From Euglena gracilis (lineage: Eukaryota): DNA of 64,000 bases. The position numbers and the translations under genes are program-made. Numbering within the stretch: position 1 is the stretch's first letter; each line of letters opens with the position of its first letter. The notes below the pieces were generated by a model that was not told where the DNA came from, made no database searches, and saw only the letters and a list, made by a program, of their open reading frames with translations. The DNA is taken from contig CP154954.1 of NCBI GenBank assembly GCA_039621445.1, positions 36,565,703 to 36,629,702 on the forward strand, read 5' to 3'. This document shows, piece by piece, positions 1-64,000 of the stretch.

Positions 1-56122
<56,122 letters not shown>

Positions 56123-57574
56123 CTGAGAAAAAGAGCACATGGGAGACATGCCTGGGGGAGGGGGAGCGCAACAAGGAACCTCAAAATATGCAACGCAAAA
56201 ATGGAAAAAATGCCAAAAAATGTGAGCTCATTGTTGAATCCTGTCAGACCCAGGGTATGTGTAGCCATACATTTAATGAGTTTATGCTGAAAACCTACCA
56301 AAGCACTTTGAATGTTTAACCATTCTCACTTTTTCCAATCATATGCAATGCATGCATCGCCAAAAGAAAACACAAACCGCAAACTTGCTGTGGCCAGATT
56401 GATCTGACTTCCAGAACGGGGAAAAACTGACCAAGAACAATTGCCAATGGGAAAAATTCTGCCAGGCTTAAATTGCGGGGAAATTCCTGGATACCGGCTT
56501 AAAATGGCCGTGAAAGACCCACGTTTTCAGGGAAACGTAAGAGAATTCACACCAAATCCTGAGGTTTTTCCCAAAATCCTAGACAGAAAATTGGTAAAAA
56601 ATTTACTCCAATTTTTTGTGATTTTGAACAAAAATACATTGCAAGGTGCAGTGCCGAAGAAAATTTTGGGCATTCACTGGAGAACTTTTTTTTAAATTTG
56701 CTGGGAAAAATCCTGGATCGACCTTAAAATGGCAGGGAAAATCCCGGACAAAATTTCGACCACAATTTTTCCCACAACATTTTTTCCCGTTCAAGTTTTT
56801 CCCCTCCCCAGCAGTGCATGCACAATAATTTCATTCCGAAAACAACTGACATGCGAAATTATTCCCAAAACAGCCAACCTGGCACAAAAATGGTTATTTT
56901 TTATTAGTTATTTAGATTATTAGTTATTTTCATCCCAAGAGCCCCAAAAAATCCTTCGGCACTTCGTGCTTCGTGGCCATGCTTAAACTGGTTCGTTTGC
57001 CATCACACACAGGGCTCGATATAAGGGTGGGGGTCCTACAGTCATCCGTAGGCGTCCAAAATTTTCCTCATCATTTTACAGCTAACAGCCACTTTTAATG
57101 GCTGAATTAGTCAAAACAACGGCTCGAGAGTGGCATAAATGATGACTCAAGGCGGGCGCAATTAATGACTGTGGTAGGACAGATTCACTGGCTTCTGTGT
57201 GACATGAATAATGTCCCCAAGAGGATAAAAATAATGGTACTGAGATCACACAAATGATGTCCGGACAAAAATAACGTGAAAAAAATGACGGGGAAATTGA
57301 TGGGGAAAAAAGACCTCATTTTGTAACCCCCATTCCCTACTTGAGAGGGGGTTACTCGGGACCCCCCCAAAAAAATCATTTTTTTTCCCGTGCCACTCAC
57401 ACCCCTGCTGGAGGAAAACATGTTGAACAATCAGTCAGGGAAATTGACAAGATCACACAACAAATATGGATACTTTCCCAAGGCCTCACCACTGAAATTT
57501 AAGAAGTTCAGGAAATCACAAGCACCCAAATTGCAAAGGAAATAAAAAAAAGCTGAAAGCCGGATTTTCGATCT

Positions 57575-59330
57575 CAGATCTCAGAAAAAGCAATGAATCA
57601 ACGATGGCAGGTGGATTGGAACCTGAAAATCCATACCGAAAAACGGTGGGGTGAAATTGTTGGCTTTCACTGGCAGCAATTGGATTCATTTAAAAACTGG
57701 CTGGGAAAAATCCTGGACGGATCCTTTGAAAGCCGCAGAGAATCCTGGGCTGCACATTCGGCCGGCACGAAACACAAAGACATGAACCTTCAGACAGAAT
57801 GAGCTGGAGCACCTAACAAAAGCTGGCACCTGATGGGGGCCGAAAATCAACGTTTGGATCTCGACTGCTTGTTTGAGATGGAGAAGACAATCGCACCTGT
57901 TGAAAGAAAGTGGGTGCAATTGTGGAGCCACTCCACAAAATATTCAATGCACAAAAAGCCCCTCCAAATATACACCATAATTCCACAAAGAATACCCCCC
58001 CCCCGAGGACCGGTTGGATGCACAAATAGCAAGCCCCCATCATGCTGAAATGCAATCAAAGGGGAAAGAGAGATGGCATGTAATGAACCTCACAGAACCC
58101 CCCCACACACTGCACCCCCCACACACACATTGTTGCTCCACTCACCCTTCCCGCATGCCCCCACACTTGGAAATGAAGTTGTTCTTTAGGCATTTTTTTT
58201 GGAGGGAACCCTTACTTGTGCAACATACCACGCCTGCCCCCCCCCACAGTTGCCCACATGTTCCCCCCCCCCGCCCAACACACCCAATAGGATTTCAGTT
58301 TGGAGAGGTCAGGTTTAAAAAGGAAAAAATGGAGATGAGGACCTGGCTGCTTCCACTTGGTAAAGAACTAATTGCTGGGAGGTCGACAGCTGCTTTCCGA
58401 ACGAACCTACAACGGCGCAAAAGAGTCAACCAGTTGACTGGCAGAGAGCAACAATCATCCGAATGACTGAGAATGATTGATATTGAAAACAGTGGCATCC
58501 CCCTTCGCTTCAGGAAAATTTGGCACAAAACATGGCAACGTGAAGACTTTGCGGTTTAGTTCGCAAGCTGAGTCTCGAAACATGTGCAGGAAGAAACAGG
58601 AACAGGAAGAAACACACAACGAAATGTGGCGATGACAATTCCAGAGAACCCCCACAAAGAACCAGCACCTCAGGTGGAAAGCGTTAGAAACACTGAGGGG
58701 TTGAGTGTGCCGCCTTGGACACCTTTTTGATGGACCAGAAGGCAAATGGGTCCCAACCAAAGCCCAGATGTCCACACCACCAGACCACAAAAACCTCTGG
58801 TTTAAAAATAAACCTTCAGAAACTTCTTTGACAAGCAGAACTGGACCATGGCCAGCAGCATGTTTTCGAAAAATGGCCAGTTTCCTTGGACCTTATCACA
58901 TTTGGTCGATGGGAACATTATGCATCTATCCCTTTTTTTTTTGCGCCGTCTGCATGGCAGGTGCTCGCACAGCGGACCCGTTTGCCACAGGCAACAATCA
59001 CGGTGCGAATCACAAAAAAACCCTTGCCTGGAACCCATCTTGATCATTGATTCAACCACCAAAAGCCTTTTTAAAAAAGATACCAGATGTTATGGTCGTT
59101 TTTCGAATAAATATTTTGAAAAAAAATGGGTGAAAAACAAGCAAACTTTTGCAATAATGGGCAAAGAATCCCAGCCTGCCTCCACGAAGGTTGAGGGCAT
59201 ACCGATGTGTTGTTTCTAGGAGTATGCGATTGAGCTGGTGGGCAACGATTGGCCTTTCTGACAGTGCACGTTGGTGCGAAGGTGTTGAACAGGTTGTGGG
59301 CTGCATCAACTGCACGTGCAAATTGAATTT
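57575..59330 (-). pseudogene. Probable heavily decayed hAT transposase
   Basis: Motif remnants appear in hAT order across shifting frames: VDAAHN (~59300), ALNL/VEAGWDSLPIIAKV (~59190), SRW (~59037), IVFSI..SKR*FSA (~57850, cf. SIPxTSxxSERxFS) and PAIVDSLLFLRS (~57600). Confidence 0.4.
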
Positions 59331-62300
59331 GTCGGGGGGGGGTTGATAAATGATTCGGGGGGTTGATAAATGATACATTTGCAATCTGAGTTCCATCAGT
59401 CCAAACCAAACAACCTGGAAGACAAATTGCAAAACAAGGGCATCATGCAAGCACCCTGGAAATGCATGGGTTTGCATTTTTTGAGTGGTTGCACAAAAAT
59501 GACAAAGAAAATCTAGGGAAAAATTCAAATTAAATCAAAAGCAATGTTGAAAACATAACCGTCCAATGAATGCCCCTGTTGATGAAAAAGGCTCTTTTTG
59601 CTTTTCAAATTTATAGAGCAACAAGGTAAGGATGAGGGGCAGACGCTTTTTTTTTTTTAGAATTTCGGGGGGTCAGGATCACAGATTCACTTAGCGACCA
59701 CCGGGGGGGACACTTTCCCCCCGACCCAAGCCCACCCACCCACGTCTTTTGAATACCTGCCCACCCACCCACGACCCCCCCCCCCCCGGGGTCAACCCCC
59801 CCTCCCCCACCCCCCCACACAAAATCCAGCAAAAATTGGCTGGAAATGCTGAAAAAAATTTCCTTACCTGGCTTTTGGCTGGGCAAAAACTTGACCCCCA
59901 ACCCATCCTTTGGGGGGGGGGGGTCACATAAATGTTAAATAAGTCAATGGTCCAGACCCACCCAGCCACCAATTCCCCCTGGGGGGGACTCAATATTGTG
60001 GTTTTATATTGAGAACTGTGTCCCAGACGCCGGTTCGGGCGGTGGCCCAAACCGGCGTCCGAGGCACTGGCGTCGTCTGGGACACAGTTTTTGAAACTGT
60101 GGCTAGGGAGATCCCAGTTCACGCCCGAACTGGCGGCTGAGGAATCACGGCCAATTTTGTCCCAAATCCCCATGTTTGGGGCAGTTTTGGGCGACTTCAG
60201 TCCAAATTGGCCGCCGGTCGAAATTGGAAGATTCCTCACTTCTGAAGGCAAGTTTCCCATCAATCGAAAGGTCTTCTCAAGGGCTTTCAGCAGATGGCCG
60301 TAGAATTCGGCCATAATGCACATAGCTCTTATTTTCAGCCATCGTACATTCCAAAATTTGAGATCTTAATTTGTCAAATCCCACAGCTCAGGTTGCATGG
60401 TGCAAACGAAAGCTCTCCCCAAGACCTGTCGTTGGTACCCACAGAACTCAGCCACATTTCACGGCGTTCTGAGAATCAGCAATTGCACTTTCCGACCCTG
60501 TTTGCAAATTTGAAATTCCACTTTTCAGCTGCCATGTTGCCCATCAATTGAAAGCTCTTCTCAAAGGCTTTCAGCAGGTGGCTCTTGGATTTCTGCCATC
60601 CTGCATGGTATTCTATTTCAGAAATTCTCTTAAATTGGCCGAAAGGAAAAAAACCGGGGTCTGGCCAAAGACCCCCAAAAACTGCTGTGATTACCACATG
60701 TGATTACCACAAAAAATGTGATTTCCACATGCCTACAAACCCTTTTGGACACTTTTTTGGCTCTATTCATTTTGGGTCCCCCAGACACCGGTTTCATGCC
60801 CGAACCGGCGTCTGGGATGCCGGTTCAGGCGTGAACCGGGAGCCCCCAGACACGGTTTCAGGAGCTTTTTTGGTGCTTTGCAGGATCACCCACAAACCCC
60901 GTCCTAGGTCACCAAAGTTTTTTTTAAAAAAGGCCTTTTGGTGGGAACGTGGGGGGGGACAATGGTGAGGGTTCCCCCTGGCCGAGCATGTCCCTCACAG
61001 AATTGCCAATAAAAGACGTTTACCCCCAAGTACCTTGCTCAAGTCCATTTGTTATTTGGTTCACCGGCTTGGGTCTGACAGGCAGGTGGGCCAAAGGCCA
61101 GGAAAGCCCTCCAACAATGACAACTTTGAGCAGCAAATCACACACACCTTTCCAATATGGATGTTGCATTGTGGTTCAAGGGACATCGATGCACTTTCGC
61201 AGCTCTGTTCAGTTGCCCTGCAATGAAACAAATTGACATAAGATGGAAAACAACATAAAGCAAATGAAACAAACAAAGAGGGCAGTGAATTTTTTGTATA
61301 AATTGTGCACCCCCCAAAAACATTGAATCCCCTGCTGTTTGAACAGAACTTGAAGACCCTTGGCGGGGTATTCTGCATTTGGTCGGAAATTTCATCAACC
61401 TGATCTTCAACGTATGTGACATTTTATCCCATTGGTGCATTTTTCATCAACTTCAGTTCAATTTTTCAATCATTGGGGATTGGGAAGCAAAATTAAAAAA
61501 AAATGTGTGGTGAATAATTCTTGCTTTGGGGCCGTCTGTTTTTCTTGCATCCCCTTCAAAAGTTCAGTACTCGGTTGCTTCATGAGGGTTCCCATATTGG
61601 GGTCACAGGCACCATTCTACCTGCCACGGGCGTCGGCAAAAAGCAGCTGTTACCGCCCCGGAGACGCAAAAAAAACACCCCGGAAACGGCGTTTTGCCAC
61701 TTTGAGGTTGAAGAAACATTTGATTTGCTTTGGAAATCATCAAATTTGGATTTTGCATAATTTCAAAAATGACAGACCTTATGCAAACTGTCATTCTGGA
61801 TTCTTGGGCTTGAATGCTTGTCTTGGGTTAGCTTCGCTCTTGCTCCAAATAGAGCGTGAACCCCCCCAGGCCCACCAAACCATGATTTTTTAACCCCCTT
61901 CTAGTGAAAAAAATATTTAAAATCCCTTGCAGCAGCTTCATTTTTCTGGTGAACAAAAATGAGGTCAAAATGTGCCAAAGTCAGGCGGTGTGCAAAAAAA
62001 AAATACCCTAAAATTGCCCAAAATGCCTTGTATGGATCCGCTTTGGATCACACTACCTCCTCGGCTTGTCACCCCCCATTCCCCCCTTGTGGTCACCCAC
62101 CAAACCAGATTCCATGACCCCCGTGGGGTTGGAAACAAGGTTTGGTTGGTTGGCTGAAAGGATCAAAAAGGTTGCCCTTGAAATGTCCAATCCAACATTG
62201 CTTTTTTCGAATATTGCAAGATCGCAACCCTGGTGAATGGGCTGAGGGGGCAATGACTTTGACAGGGTGGATGGGACAGGGGGTGCGGGGGGGGGGGGGA

Positions 62301-64000
62301 CGAGGGGGAAACACCCAAAAGTCGAAATCATTGCCTCGAACCTCACGCAAGACAATGACACCAGAAAACCCATCAGACAATTGGGTGCTGTCTCATTGGG
62401 GGTGGGTCGGGTCACGGGAGGGGGGGGTCAGGGGTGGGGTCACGGGGAGGGTCACGGGGGGAACACCACATTTTCTGTGGCCAAATTTGGAACAACCAAA
62501 CCCAAAATTTTGGAAAAAATTCTACAAATTAGGAATTCCCACACCAAAATTAGGAATTTGACACCAAATTAAGAATCACCAACCCCAAATTTGAAAAATT
62601 TGTGCGTCAAAATTAGGAATCTGCTTGAGAATTTAATCAAATTAGGCACCACCAGCCAAATTTCTTCCTGTAAAAATTTGGCCGAAATGGGTCGTAGGTC
62701 GGGCCACAGGGGGGTCACGGGGGGGGGGGGGCACGAGGGGAACACCCCCATTGGTGAGAAGACAAGAGACGTTGGAACTCTTAAGGAGAAATGCCTATAA
62801 CCTTGGCATGTTGGTTAACTTGGTTGTCAGGGGTGCTAAAACGAGAATGATGTCCAAAAAAAAAATGCTTTAAACACGTTTCACAAAAAGTCAGATTTGC
62901 ATCGCAACTCAAATTTTTTCATCATCAATTTTCGCAGGGGGTGTTATGCGGGGGGAGGCTGTGGCCCAACTACCTCCACGCATTTTCTTTGACGTCACTC
63001 AAAATTGTGTGTGTTTTTTCTCTGGTTGATGAAAAAATGTGCCCCGCCAATATTTGGGACGCGGGGGGGGGGACGCAGGGGGGGACGCGGGGGGGGGACG
63101 CAGGGCAAACACCCCCGCAGTTCTCGAATCTGCTTTTCCATCCATCCACCCTGGCCAGGCCTGCTGCCACGTCAAGCCTAGCATATGTGACACACAACTT
63201 TTTTTTGTGATACATGATGGACAATTTTTTTTGGGTGATACACACTTAATGAATCAACCTTGACCCCATGCCCCCCTCCCACGATACGAGACACCGAACC
63301 TTGTCCATGGCCCTCCGGAGTCCCCCCCTAAACCCAGGTATGGGGGAGCGACATAACAATGCTATATATGTGTGTACATTTTGACATATTTCATATGTAG
63401 TCCAGTGTAGTTCATTTTTGGACCCCCAACCCCCTTGTCCAGTTCAGTTCCTGGCTCTTCCAGGGGGGTTCATAGGACCCACCCAGCGCCTGACCGGACA
63501 GGTGTATTTGCCAAAAATTGACCCCAAATGGCCGAATGGCCAAAGATGCCCTTATTTGCAAAATTTTTAACCCTCCCCCCCTATCAGTTGAGTTCGCCCA
63601 AATCTACATATGGGTCCAGCCCCCCCCCCCCCAAATACCTAGCCTCCCTTGGTGATGAAGGCAGCAAAAAAAAACAACAAAAGCACACCTGCAAGGAGCT
63701 TTGACGCATCCTCATTCCTGCATGATAAAAAAAAAGCCCTACAAGAACGATGGGGGGTGTCCGGACCCCCCCCTCCCGCGCCCCAACCTCCCTCTCCCCA
63801 CACTGTGCCCAGCTTCCCCAAGAAAAAAAAAACTCGAAAAAATCGCGACTTTTTTTTAGGCTAAAAAATAGCCCAAAATGACCGTTTCAGGGAAAAAATG
63901 GCAATTTTGGGGGCCGCGCGCTTGGCGTGCGGCCCAAAAAGCATTTTCTTTTCATCAAAAATGGTCCAAAAATGGCCGAGAAATGACAAATGAAGTAAAT

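Noticed and set aside
57830-58406. Segments 58406-58343 and 57896-57830 as 5' exons of the host gene
   Set aside because: The phases would fit, but they lack the GC3 bias of the host exons, and another frame of 57896-57830 resembles the hAT SERxFS motif. Left unresolved.
61030-61440. Possible small minus-strand exons with AG/GT ends
   Set aside because: I found no consistent phase chain or recognisable motif.

Overview
Eukaryotic, transposon-saturated DNA. The intron architecture points to a euglenid such as Euglena (inference). Most of the window (about 1-56,100) can be read as one very large, many-exon gene on the minus strand. It has an N-terminal C2-like domain (exons 56122-53300) and a long low-complexity middle built from three families of duplicated exon modules: A ('PGTAW..TPRE'), B ('PSL..AGRPPV.RPG..GGSG') and C ('DDDVIVVRSRPSLANL..EEEEDDGEEGE'). 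It ends in a C-terminal PDZ domain (exons 2954-1060). Splice phases chain correctly across the exon junctions I checked. The introns hold many MITEs (8-bp, 7-bp and TA target-site classes), a decayed Tc1 transposon with five 50-55 nt GT-AG introns, two Ty3/gypsy pol fragments and microsatellites; a probable hAT transposase fossil lies just upstream of the first traced exon. The main finding is intron gain caught in the act. TIR elements with 8-bp target duplications interrupt coding exons while paralogous exon copies remain intact. Removing them by the euglenid non-conventional intron geometry (CAG at +4..+6, CTG at -8..-6, so 3+5=8 flanking nt) deletes exactly the element plus one TSD and restores the frame. 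All gene models were built by eye and have no transcript support.
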